Source of the DNA: a virus
Taxonomy: Duplodnaviria > Caudoviricetes
IMG/VR virus record: IMGVR_UViG_3300025892_000008
Length of the DNA: 64,000 nt
Reading direction: 5' to 3' (one strand)
The stretch's first letter is position 1; every line of letters starts with the position of its first letter. The position numbers were made by a program, and so were the translations under genes. Under the pieces are notes generated by a model that was not told the origin of the DNA, did no database searches, and saw only the letters and a list, made by a program, of their open reading frames with translations. Shown piece after piece: positions 1-8,943 of this stretch.

Positions 1-269
1 TTACCTGGACTCAAATGCGGTGCTTCTACACTAGCAATATTACCTGCTGCTGTAGCGCCTGCTGTTGCAGACTCTTTAAAGCCGTTTTCACCTGCTTCTT
101 TCTCTAACTCATACTTTCTACGCATAAGTTCTTTCGTCAACTTCTCGCTTTTACTTGTTTCGGGATCTAACTGAATATCCTGCAAAGCCTTACGTTTTGC
201 TTCGTAATCCTCTTTATCCTTAGTAATACTAGTTCTAGTATCTTCTGCAAATAATTCACTTAGTTTCAT
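1..269 (-). CDS. Partial ORF running off the window start; probable head/internal protein
   Basis: Hand translation, not in the ORF track: MKLSELFAEDTRTSITKDKEDYEAKRKALQ...FKESATAGATAAGNIASVEAPHLSPG; TAAATA 5 nt upstream of ATG. Confidence 0.8.
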   Translation of the reverse strand, partial: MKLSELFAEDTRTSITKDKEDYEAKRKALQDIQLDPETSKSEKLTKELMRRKYELEKEAGENGFKESATAGATAAGNIASVEAPHLSPG

Positions 270-303
270 AATATTATTTATCCTGTTTGTGGTCTCGTAA
301 AAC

Positions 304-1560
304 CTATTTCTTTTTACCTGACTTCATATTAGCACACCAGTGATACATTTTAGCCTTCTCACCGCTTGCGTTTTTAGCCTTCTTACGCAACGATGTTACA
401 CTACCATTGCAACTTGCACCTGATTTTTTTACTCTTCCGGGTCTACTTTTACCCTTCTTTTTACCGTCAGCAAAGTTTTCTTCTATATGTTCTCTTACTA
501 GATGTTGAAAATTTTCTTCTATTTCTGCTTTTAATTTTTTGGCAGTTCTTTCAAACTTATGATCTTTATGTTTGAACCCTATGCCTCCGGCACTTTCCCA
601 CGCTGCAATGTTAACACCATAATCGTCTATAAGGATATTAGGTGTGCCGTCGGGGTTAGTTGCATACTTCGCCTTATCCTTAGTTATGATGACTTCAGTT
701 GGTGGAAAGAAGTCTAGGTTCTTTTCAATCCACTCGCGTTTATGCGGTTCTGAGTTAGGGTCATTTGCCAGTGGAGAACTTAGAATCTTGTAGTCACCTT
801 TAACTTGTTTAATAATACCAAGTAGGTTTTTTGCATTTGCTGTTAGAGGAATGTTTAACCAAAATTCATCCTCATCTCTAATTTTTTTAAGTGCTGGTTC
901 AATTTCATCTTTACCTAGTTCGCGCCAGTCCTTGCCAACCAACTTCTTCCACTCGCCAAAGAAGTCTGCTAGGACACCGTCCATGTCTACATAAATTTCT
1001 GATTTAGGGTTAAGCCCTTGAAACATATCTTCATATGTTTTCTTTTTCTTTTTCTTGGGGAATAATTTCTTAACGTTCATATACTCGCCACCTACGGGAA
1101 CGTCTGCGGTAGCATTTTGTTTTGTTACAATACCAACACCTGCTGCTTCTTCACCGTGATACTCTTGCTTGTGTTGTTCGCTTTCATCTGGAACTTCGTC
1201 TGTAAATGTTACAAATTTCTCCGGAACAACTACTGCTTCCATACTATCTACTTTTGCTATTCTTGCAGCAAAGTATCTATGATGTCCGTCCAGTATAAGA
1301 TACTTGCCGTCTTTTGGTGTAACTATAATTGGTTTTATTTCTTCGCCTGCTTTGATTTTATCCGCAAACTTCTTCATATTGTCTGCAGATTTTTTACCCT
1401 TCATTTTATCTGCTGGCTCAAATGGTTCCAGTTTATCAAAGTCTATTTGTTGTGAAGATTTTGAATTCCAGTATTTGTCATCTAGTGTAGCACCCTGATA
1501 GGAAGGATCCGTGTATACGGTTATTTCTTTTTCTTCTATAAGGAACTGGTGCGCTCTCAT
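304..1560 (-). CDS. Fusion protein: ParB/Srx-like domain + HAD 5'(3')-nucleotidase-like domain + basic Cys-containing tail
   Basis: IIVTPKDGKYLILDGHHRY (ParB-like); IYVDMDGVLADF and ILIDD (HAD motifs I and IV); Lys-rich C-terminus. Confidence 0.7.
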   Translation of the reverse strand: MRAHQFLIEEKEITVYTDPSYQGATLDDKYWNSKSSQQIDFDKLEPFEPADKMKGKKSADNMKKFADKIKAGEEIKPIIVTPKDGKYLILDGHHRYFAARIAKVDSMEAVVVPEKFVTFTDEVPDESEQHKQEYHGEEAAGVGIVTKQNATADVPVGGEYMNVKKLFPKKKKKKTYEDMFQGLNPKSEIYVDMDGVLADFFGEWKKLVGKDWRELGKDEIEPALKKIRDEDEFWLNIPLTANAKNLLGIIKQVKGDYKILSSPLANDPNSEPHKREWIEKNLDFFPPTEVIITKDKAKYATNPDGTPNILIDDYGVNIAAWESAGGIGFKHKDHKFERTAKKLKAEIEENFQHLVREHIEENFADGKKKGKSRPGRVKKSGASCNGSVTSLRKKAKNASGEKAKMYHWCANMKSGKKK

Positions 1561-1757
1561 CCTAATGGGTTCTCGCCTGTAAGTTTAGGTCTAGCGAACC
1601 ACAACTTGAACCATTCAGGGGTACCTGGTTGTATGTCTAGTTTCGCTTGGTAGTATTGTTTCTCTGTGCCTGTTATAGATAGATTGGGTCCATCATACTG
1701 TTTCCAGCCGTGACGTTCATAGATGCCTGCAAGTCTTTTTAATTCTTCCAACTCCAT
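1557..1757 (-). CDS. Small hypothetical protein (ELKRLAGI motif)
   Basis: 66-aa ORF translationally coupled to both neighbours. Confidence 0.7.
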   Translation of the reverse strand: MELEELKRLAGIYERHGWKQYDGPNLSITGTEKQYYQAKLDIQPGTPEWFKLWFARPKLTGENPLG

Positions 1758-2980
1758 TACATTTTAACACAGTTGTCTACAGTTTTGCCGCCCTTCTTCT
1801 TAGTACCCATACGCTTGTAACCTTTCCAGCATACTTTGCCGTCAACGCCTTTTTGCTTTGCTTCATTAACACTTTCGTATTGCTGTCTAATGCTTTCTGG
1901 CATAGCAACAAATCTAGGCTTCTTACATTCTGAACATACTGCTTCATTTGCGCCGTTTACTGCACTATACAGATCTTCTGCAAACTCTGCTACTTTGTCA
2001 ACAGCATAATGTACATCTAAACTGTTTGCTAGGTCTATTGCTTTAAACACTGCGTCTGCTAGATCTTTATCAGATAAGTCAACACTTTCTTTAAATGCTT
2101 CATTTGTTCTTTGTAGTGCTTTTGCAACACCAGGATGATCAGCAAGTCCAGGAGCAATTTTATTAATTACTTCTACTGCGCCTGTCATATTACCTGCTTT
2201 ATATCTAGTATCATTTAAAACACCGTAAGCCATTTTAATTTGCTTATCTGTAAAGCCCATATTGTCTTGTGCTTCTTGTGTTGCTTCAGGCACTGCAATT
2301 TCGTTTTCTAAGTAGTGTTTTGCCTTGCTTAACATTTGTAAACTCTTAGTAACTTTACTCTGCCACCAGTGGGGGAAATCACTGTCTTCAGGTAAGTTCT
2401 CTAACATTTTAAAAAGTTCTCTAGCATAATTTGCTGCCTGGTATAGTTCTTTACGAATCATATGACGTTCATCATCTTGGTGTCCAATCGAAGTTTCTGT
2501 TTCAATTGAATCTTTCATTTCATCATCGTCATCATCGTCATCATCGTCATCATCTGGACTAGGCTCAGGATCTTTTATTTTTTGTAAACTTGTATCTTCT
2601 TGCTGACTAGCCCACTTCATTAACTTCTCAAGTTGTTCTTGACTGACCTTTGTTTTCTTTAGTAGTTCTTGAATTGAACTAGCACCACCTGGATCGCCAT
2701 AGCGTGTAAGTTCATCGCCAACACGACCAAGCACATTTGATAGTGCATCGTCCTTTGTAGTTGCCGCTTTATCCATCAGGATCCTTCCTAGTTTAGAAAG
2801 TTCGCCTCCTGCTGGATTTGTGTAAATTGATTCATCCATTTCTTTTCCCCTGTGTTTAGATTTACCTTGTTTCATTTCTTTTTTCTTATCTCGATGTGAT
2901 CCAGCCGCGCCACTTTTACGTAGTGCTTCCATGTCTTTCCAGTTAGGATCTCTCGTTTTGATCGTCTTCTGGTTCTTCAT
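1757..2980 (-). CDS. Modular acidic/basic hypothetical protein, probable head protein
   Basis: 407 aa; basic N-terminus, poly-Asp tract, C-terminal CWKGYKRMGTKKKGGKTVDNCVK module. Confidence 0.7.
   Translation of the reverse strand: MKNQKTIKTRDPNWKDMEALRKSGAAGSHRDKKKEMKQGKSKHRGKEMDESIYTNPAGGELSKLGRILMDKAATTKDDALSNVLGRVGDELTRYGDPGGASSIQELLKKTKVSQEQLEKLMKWASQQEDTSLQKIKDPEPSPDDDDDDDDDDDEMKDSIETETSIGHQDDERHMIRKELYQAANYARELFKMLENLPEDSDFPHWWQSKVTKSLQMLSKAKHYLENEIAVPEATQEAQDNMGFTDKQIKMAYGVLNDTRYKAGNMTGAVEVINKIAPGLADHPGVAKALQRTNEAFKESVDLSDKDLADAVFKAIDLANSLDVHYAVDKVAEFAEDLYSAVNGANEAVCSECKKPRFVAMPESIRQQYESVNEAKQKGVDGKVCWKGYKRMGTKKKGGKTVDNCVKM
2518..2554 (-). repeat. 9-nt tandem repeat encoding a poly-Asp tract
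   Basis: (tcatcatcg)n visible at about 2520-2554. Confidence 0.85.
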
Positions 2981-3578
2981 CTGATAATCCCATTCCTTGT
3001 CTTACAGCAGCGAATAATTCGTCCGCATGTTCTCCAGCACCTGTATGCTGTATAAACTTTTTAATATCGTTGTTTGCAGCATCTTCTCTTGCTTTTGTAC
3101 CGCTTATTCCTTCAACTCCGTCAGCGCCGTCTTCTCTTGCGCCAGCACTTACAAACTCAAGGGTTTCAAATTTGTATTTAATTTCTAAAGGACCTTTTTT
3201 GCCTTCAGTCTTGCCGTTGTAGGCTACTAAACTATCGTATAAATTTTTTCTGTCATCACCACCTACAAATGTTGCATGTGTATAGTTTTGGTCATTTAAA
3301 TATTCAGCAACTTTTGTAATTGTGTTTAGATTAGTATCTTCTATTACATTTTCTGCATAGTCGGAATGTATCTTTCTAATAAAGTCTATCTTAGTAGAAT
3401 AGTCTAAAGGATTCTTTTTAGAGTCTTGTGATTGTGTAGTAAAAATTTTCATATCACCACCTTGTGCAGACATCTTTTTAAAGACTTCTTTATGCCCAAG
3501 TGTAGGAGGATTAAACCTTCCAAAGCAGAAAGTTACATGTTTGTCTGTGTCTGCTTCAAATAGTTCTCTAATTTTCAT
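2943..3578 (-). CDS. Cytidylyltransferase-like (HxGH) nucleotidyltransferase
   Basis: FGRFNPPTLGH motif; start refined to MKIRELFE at 3578. Confidence 0.75.
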   Translation of the reverse strand: MKIRELFEADTDKHVTFCFGRFNPPTLGHKEVFKKMSAQGGDMKIFTTQSQDSKKNPLDYSTKIDFIRKIHSDYAENVIEDTNLNTITKVAEYLNDQNYTHATFVGGDDRKNLYDSLVAYNGKTEGKKGPLEIKYKFETLEFVSAGAREDGADGVEGISGTKAREDAANNDIKKFIQHTGAGEHADELFAAVRQGMGLSDEEPEDDQNERS

Positions 3579-3906
3579 AGTCGCCACGCTCTATAAATTT
3601 TTCTTGTTCACCACAAATACTTCTTGCCATGTTAATAAGTGTTTCTTTTGTAAATTTACTTCCATCATTATCATCAATACCATACTTTGTACAATACATT
3701 TCTTTACACTTTTGTATAGGTTTGATATAAATTTTATATGCATCAGGATGTCCTGCATATTTTTTATGCTTTTTAATTGCAGGGAACATTACATTAGATG
3801 TAACATCATTGTCATTATTCATGAAGAATTTTAAATCTTCTAACCAGTTAATATCCTGGTTTTCTTCTGGTGCACCTATAGGCGAAAATAATTCGTTTAG
3901 TCTCAT
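3568..3906 (-). CDS. Hypothetical protein with MRLNELF N-terminus
   Basis: 112-aa ORF in a coupled operon. Confidence 0.7.
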   Translation of the reverse strand: MRLNELFSPIGAPEENQDINWLEDLKFFMNNDNDVTSNVMFPAIKKHKKYAGHPDAYKIYIKPIQKCKEMYCTKYGIDDNDGSKFTKETLINMARSICGEQEKFIERGDYEN

Positions 3907-4998
3907 TTACCACTTCCTACATGACCAGTAACGTGCTTTTGTACGCGGTCCTGGATTATCACAGTTGTGTCTTGCTCTAAAAGATTTTCTACGCTTAGGA
4001 TTAGATTTCTTAATACGCATATTTGGATCACCAAAGTTTACTTTTTTAATGTTCTTAGTTTTTGGATCACGTACATATACTTTAAACTTCTTAACATCGC
4101 CTTGCATAGGCTTGCCAAGTTTTACTTTGCGTCCTTGGTATTCTGCTTCGTCTACAATATCTTCATGCCAAGGTAGGTATCCGTAATACTCATAGAACTC
4201 CTCACCTTCGAATGTTTGCTCATCTTCTTCGTTAGTATCCAAGCCAGAAAGTTCTTTAACTCGATTAAGTTCTTCGTTATTAGTTGATTCATCAGCGTCA
4301 CCTGACTGAACTTTATCAATAATTCTTGCATTCGTATCAATGTCATCATCGCCTGTAATTTTTTCAATTTCATCCAGAAACGCTTTTGTAATTGGCATTT
4401 CGTCAACGTGTCCTAGCGGATCATTTTCAAATTCTTCTTCGCCGTATTTTTCCCTCATTGCTTCAGCCTCATTTTCTTCAACAAAGTCTGTAGTAATGCC
4501 TGAGTTCAATGCCCACTGTATGTAACCGTCTGGTAATCTGTCTCCGTTACCGCCTCTGAACTTAGAGAATTTTTCAACCAAATCGGAAATCATTCCATAC
4601 ATTTCATTTGAAACTTCACTACTATTTTCACCTACGTTTTCACCTTGCGAGTATTTGTTATCACGTTCAGCGTATTGTTCTTCAGCATCTTCTTGAGCTG
4701 AACGTAGTATTTCTTCTGCGTCTACACCACCATAATTCATAATCATATCTGTATCATTTTGCACATCATATCCTAATTTACTACTTGGATTATTACCATA
4801 TGCGTGTACTTCAATTGATTTTGGATCTACTACTGGTTTGCCATCTACTATTTTAGCAGTATAATGGATGTCGGCTCCTTCTGGTTCACCATCATCTCCG
4901 GATACTTCGAAGTCTTCAATCTCACCTTTAAATTCTTCAGGATCAAATCCCTCTTGGGTTGACTCAAATAGTGTAAGTTTATTCAGTAGGTCTCGCAT
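3907..4998 (-). CDS. Acidic protein with basic C-terminal RKSFRARHNC...YWSC module
   Basis: 363 aa; Glu/Asp-rich body and Lys/Arg-rich tail. Confidence 0.75.
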   Translation of the reverse strand: MRDLLNKLTLFESTQEGFDPEEFKGEIEDFEVSGDDGEPEGADIHYTAKIVDGKPVVDPKSIEVHAYGNNPSSKLGYDVQNDTDMIMNYGGVDAEEILRSAQEDAEEQYAERDNKYSQGENVGENSSEVSNEMYGMISDLVEKFSKFRGGNGDRLPDGYIQWALNSGITTDFVEENEAEAMREKYGEEEFENDPLGHVDEMPITKAFLDEIEKITGDDDIDTNARIIDKVQSGDADESTNNEELNRVKELSGLDTNEEDEQTFEGEEFYEYYGYLPWHEDIVDEAEYQGRKVKLGKPMQGDVKKFKVYVRDPKTKNIKKVNFGDPNMRIKKSNPKRRKSFRARHNCDNPGPRTKARYWSCRKW

Positions 4999-5027
4999 AA
5001 TATAATTCCTTTATTAGATTTATACTA

Positions 5028-5033
5028 TATTTA
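5028..5033 (-). promoter_or_regulatory. TAAATA late-promoter-like motif
   Basis: Motif 30 nt upstream of the 4998 start; recurs in most intergenic gaps; matches the core of T4 late TATAAATA. Confidence 0.6.
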
Positions 5034-5049
5034 GCGTTAAATGTAAAGT

Positions 5050-5421
5050 TTAATAGTTATATCGGACTTCGCGGATTGTGCCGTTTTGAAGTTCATACTT
5101 GGCTCTAATCCATACAAACTTGCCAGTAAACGTACTTGAAACATCATAATCAACAGCATCAGTGTTGTTAGGTTGATTGTAATATGTGCTATCACCTGCA
5201 AACGTGTTAACTTCTACCCAGTCTGTATCGTCATCACTTGGATACTGCTCTAGTGTGCCTTGTATAGTAATGCTACCTAAAAACGCATTTACAACGGTAT
5301 ATAGCGTGTGTATACCGTCACCATTCTTATAATACCCACCGCCTATCTTCTTTTCACTATATTGTGCTGAAGATGCTGTTGAATCTATGTTCTGTAGTAA
5401 TATGTTAGTTCCGTTGATCAT
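5050..5421 (-). CDS. Hypothetical beta-rich protein, possibly structural
   Basis: 123 aa; TAAATA 4 nt upstream of ATG. Confidence 0.65.
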   Translation of the reverse strand: MINGTNILLQNIDSTASSAQYSEKKIGGGYYKNGDGIHTLYTVVNAFLGSITIQGTLEQYPSDDDTDWVEVNTFAGDSTYYNQPNNTDAVDYDVSSTFTGKFVWIRAKYELQNGTIREVRYNY

Positions 5422-5428
5422 ACTGTAT

Positions 5429-6106
5429 TTATCGGTTTAATATATATTTGAAAACCTTGCCTATTAAGTTAGGTGCTCGTAATTGTAACATTAATAATGT
5501 ATTATCATCCGCTACTTGGATGTATCTTCTATCGTAATTTTCACTTGTAACAACTAACCATCTATAAACACTTTCAGTAAATGTAACGTTAGGAACCTGT
5601 TTAGACAACCAGTCAGCCACACTTTTTCTTGAACTAGCATCTAGTTTATGCGGGTGTAAGTATACTCGGTATTGATATTTGTTATAAGGTAACTCATTAA
5701 CATAAATTTTCTTATTACTATTCAAGATAGTGTTTTCTGTACCTTGTTTAGGTTGGGCTCTATACTTTACATATTCTGTAAATTCTTTACCTAATTGATC
5801 ATATAGATTAAAATTATTAGTGTATAAGTCAATATAATTACCTTCTAATCTTTTACCAAAGGATTTACTATCAAATGCATTTAACATCAAGCAAAGTTTT
5901 ATCCAACTTTCGTGATTTTCAGTTACATCTTCCACAACATCTTTACGCCAAGGTTCTTGATCTTTAAATCCATTCTGACATATATCTAACAGTTGAGAAA
6001 AATTATACCAGCGTAATGCGCTTGCACCCGGCATTCTCAGAGTAATTTTATAAATGTATTTGTTATAAAATTTCTTTTTAGTTGTCTTGGCTGTCGGCAG
6101 TTTCAT
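5429..6106 (-). CDS. Hypothetical protein
   Basis: 225-aa ORF downstream of clpA. Confidence 0.65.
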   Translation of the reverse strand: MKLPTAKTTKKKFYNKYIYKITLRMPGASALRWYNFSQLLDICQNGFKDQEPWRKDVVEDVTENHESWIKLCLMLNAFDSKSFGKRLEGNYIDLYTNNFNLYDQLGKEFTEYVKYRAQPKQGTENTILNSNKKIYVNELPYNKYQYRVYLHPHKLDASSRKSVADWLSKQVPNVTFTESVYRWLVVTSENYDRRYIQVADDNTLLMLQLRAPNLIGKVFKYILNR

Positions 6107-8417
6107 TTTCAGGCTTCTTTGCTGCTGCTTTTGCTGCTTTACGTTCTGCTTTAGTTAAGATTTTAGGAGCAGGAGCAAATGCAAACACGGGTTTATCATT
6201 GTCAATTGTTACATTAACTATTCCGCCATCTACTAATTCACCAAATAAAACTTGCTTACTGAGTGGTGTTTTAATTTCTGCATCTATCAATCTACCTAAC
6301 GGCCTAGCACCCATTTTCTTACTATACCCTTTTCCTGCTAACCATGAAATAGTTTCTTCATTTAGTTTGATAGTAATGTTTTTATCTTTTACTTGACCAT
6401 TAAGTTCTTTAATAAATTTTAAAACAATTTCTTTTACAACAGATTTTGATAACTTGCCAAACTTAACAGTAGCATCTAGTCTATTTCTAAACTCTGGAGC
6501 AAAAAAGTTTTTAACTGCTTTTTCATCTTCATCAAATCTTTCTAGGTCATCAAATCCAATAGTATTATTTTCGTTATCAGCAGCACCTAAGTTACTAGTC
6601 ATAATGAGTATACTATTTCTACCATCTGCTTGTTTACCATTTGATCCTGTTACAAAACCATTATCCATAAACTGTAACAAAATATTAGACACATCTTGAT
6701 GTGCTTTTTCTATTTCGTCAAGTAGTAATATAGCATTAGGTGTTTCTTGTAATTTAGTAATCAACTGTCCTGCATTTTCATCAAAGCCTACATATCCTGG
6801 AGGCGCACCAATTAATCTTGCAACACTATGCTTCTCTTGATACTCACTCATATCGAATCGTATCAATGACATGCCCATCTTTTCTGCAAGTTGTTTTGCT
6901 GTTTCTGTTTTACCACAGCCTGTAGGACCTAAGAATAAAAAACTACCAATAGGCTTATCAGGGGACTTTAGTCCTGCTTGTGCAACAAAAATTTTATCAA
7001 GTAATTTATCTACTGCATCATCTTGACCAAAAATACTTTTCTTCATAGCCGGTTCAAGATTATGTAAATTTTTACTTTCTTTCTGTGCTACTGTTTCTAA
7101 AGGCATTTTAATCATTTTAGATAATTCATAAGTAACTTGTTCTACATCAACTACTTGTGTAATACCTTCTTCAACAGGATCATCGTTTAGTTTATAACGT
7201 GCAGAAGCACAGTCAATAATATCGATGGCTTTATCAGGAAGTTTTTTATCTGATATGTATTTTATAGATAATTTTACAGCCTGTTCAATTGCTTCAGATG
7301 TAATATTAACATTATGATGTTGCTCATAGTATTTTTTCAAACCTTTAAGTATTTTAATTGTTACTTCTGCTGTAGGCTCGTCAACTGTTACACGTTGGAA
7401 TCTACGCATTAATGCACGATCCTTTTCAAAGTACTTGCGATACTCTTCCCAAGTAGTTGAAGCAATAACTTTCATACCACCTTTACTTAATGCTGGCTTT
7501 AACATATTTGCTAAATCATTTGAACTTTGACTTGCTGTACCTGCGCCTGACATCATATGTGCTTCATCTATGAATAAGATAATTTTACCTTTTCTTTCTA
7601 GAGCACCTAAGACTGCTTTAATTCTTTCTTCAAAATCACCTCTGTATTTAGAGCCAGCAACTAATGATCCTATATCTAAATTATATACTGTATGATCTTG
7701 TATAAATTTAGGTACTTTCTTTTCGTGTATCTTACGTGCTAGTCCTTCTGCAATAGCAGTTTTACCAACACCTGGATCTCCTACCATTAATACATTTGAC
7801 TTAGTTCTACGTGCTAATACAAGTTCAATATCTTCTAACTCGGGATCTCTTCCAATTACAGGATCAATTGTTTTTTGTTTAGCCTTCAATGATAGGTTAT
7901 CACAAAATTGATTTATTATTTTATCTAATTGATCATTTGTAAGGGGTCCTGACCCGCTTTCGTTTTCAAAAAATTCATCTTCTTCAATATAATGTTTTTG
8001 AAAGTGCTGAACAAATTTTTCTTTTATAATCCCGCCTTTTGTTAAGAAGTAAAAAGCAAAACTATTTTTTTCGGATAGTACACTAACTATAACATCAGCA
8101 ATTTCCATTTGGTTTCTACCGCTGAATAATACTTGTGTAAAGCATCTATTCAGTACACGTTCTACACTGTTAGTTTTCCTAGGTAGTGTGTTATCATTAG
8201 ATTCGATATCTTTTAAATTGTTTTTCAAGTAATGATCAAGATTAGATTTTATATAATCAACATCAGCACCGTATTCCTTCAGACCTGCTGATGACTCTTT
8301 ATCGGCAACAATTGCAAAAATAAGATGTTCTAATGTAATTAATCTATGTTTGTAGGATTTGGTTATTTCTACAGAACTATCGAAAATCTTTTGTAATTGT
8401 TTACTTGGCTCAATCAT
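6078..8417 (-). CDS. clpA: ATP-dependent Clp protease ATPase subunit ClpA-like
   Basis: Clp N-domain; GDPGVGKT and GPTGCGKT Walker A; LFIDEAH and LLDEIEK Walker B; RFDMSEYQEKHSV; TIGF ClpP-docking loop. Confidence 0.92.
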   Translation of the reverse strand: MIEPSKQLQKIFDSSVEITKSYKHRLITLEHLIFAIVADKESSAGLKEYGADVDYIKSNLDHYLKNNLKDIESNDNTLPRKTNSVERVLNRCFTQVLFSGRNQMEIADVIVSVLSEKNSFAFYFLTKGGIIKEKFVQHFQKHYIEEDEFFENESGSGPLTNDQLDKIINQFCDNLSLKAKQKTIDPVIGRDPELEDIELVLARRTKSNVLMVGDPGVGKTAIAEGLARKIHEKKVPKFIQDHTVYNLDIGSLVAGSKYRGDFEERIKAVLGALERKGKIILFIDEAHMMSGAGTASQSSNDLANMLKPALSKGGMKVIASTTWEEYRKYFEKDRALMRRFQRVTVDEPTAEVTIKILKGLKKYYEQHHNVNITSEAIEQAVKLSIKYISDKKLPDKAIDIIDCASARYKLNDDPVEEGITQVVDVEQVTYELSKMIKMPLETVAQKESKNLHNLEPAMKKSIFGQDDAVDKLLDKIFVAQAGLKSPDKPIGSFLFLGPTGCGKTETAKQLAEKMGMSLIRFDMSEYQEKHSVARLIGAPPGYVGFDENAGQLITKLQETPNAILLLDEIEKAHQDVSNILLQFMDNGFVTGSNGKQADGRNSILIMTSNLGAADNENNTIGFDDLERFDEDEKAVKNFFAPEFRNRLDATVKFGKLSKSVVKEIVLKFIKELNGQVKDKNITIKLNEETISWLAGKGYSKKMGARPLGRLIDAEIKTPLSKQVLFGELVDGGIVNVTIDNDKPVFAFAPAPKILTKAERKAAKAAAKKPENETADSQDN

Positions 8418-8943
8418 TTTTTAATTTCTTCCTTAATTTGTTTAATTTCTTTAATGCTAATTGTAACTTCAACCGACTCACTCTGTCAACAAAACAAATG
8501 CCATTTAGGTGATCAAATTCATGTTGAAAGCATTTTGCAAGATAACCTTGTATCTTTGCTTCTTTGGTTTCTCCTTGTGCATTCTGCCATTGCCCAACTA
8601 TCCAAGAAGGTCTTGTAACTTTAATTAGTAATCCTGGATAACTTAAACAACCTTCTGTATCCATTACTGTTTCATTACTTGCTTCTAATATTGTAGGATT
8701 AAACAATGCAAAAGGCTTAGGAAAATTTGGTATATCTTTACTACCCATTACAAAAACTCTTTTTTTCAAATCTATTTGATTTGCAGCAAGTCCAATACCT
8801 TTATTGTTAAGCATGAAATTACACATATCCCATTCAAGTTTTTCAGGATCATACTTTTCGTTATCAAAATCCCATACTTCACTTTGTTGGTTAAGTGCTT
8901 CGTGCAGCCCTAACTTGTAATCTATGTCTAGTTTATATTCCAT
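8410..8943 (-). CDS. def: Peptide deformylase
   Basis: GIGLAANQ, EGCLS and HEFDH motifs. Confidence 0.95.
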   Translation of the reverse strand: MEYKLDIDYKLGLHEALNQQSEVWDFDNEKYDPEKLEWDMCNFMLNNKGIGLAANQIDLKKRVFVMGSKDIPNFPKPFALFNPTILEASNETVMDTEGCLSYPGLLIKVTRPSWIVGQWQNAQGETKEAKIQGYLAKCFQHEFDHLNGICFVDRVSRLKLQLALKKLNKLRKKLKND

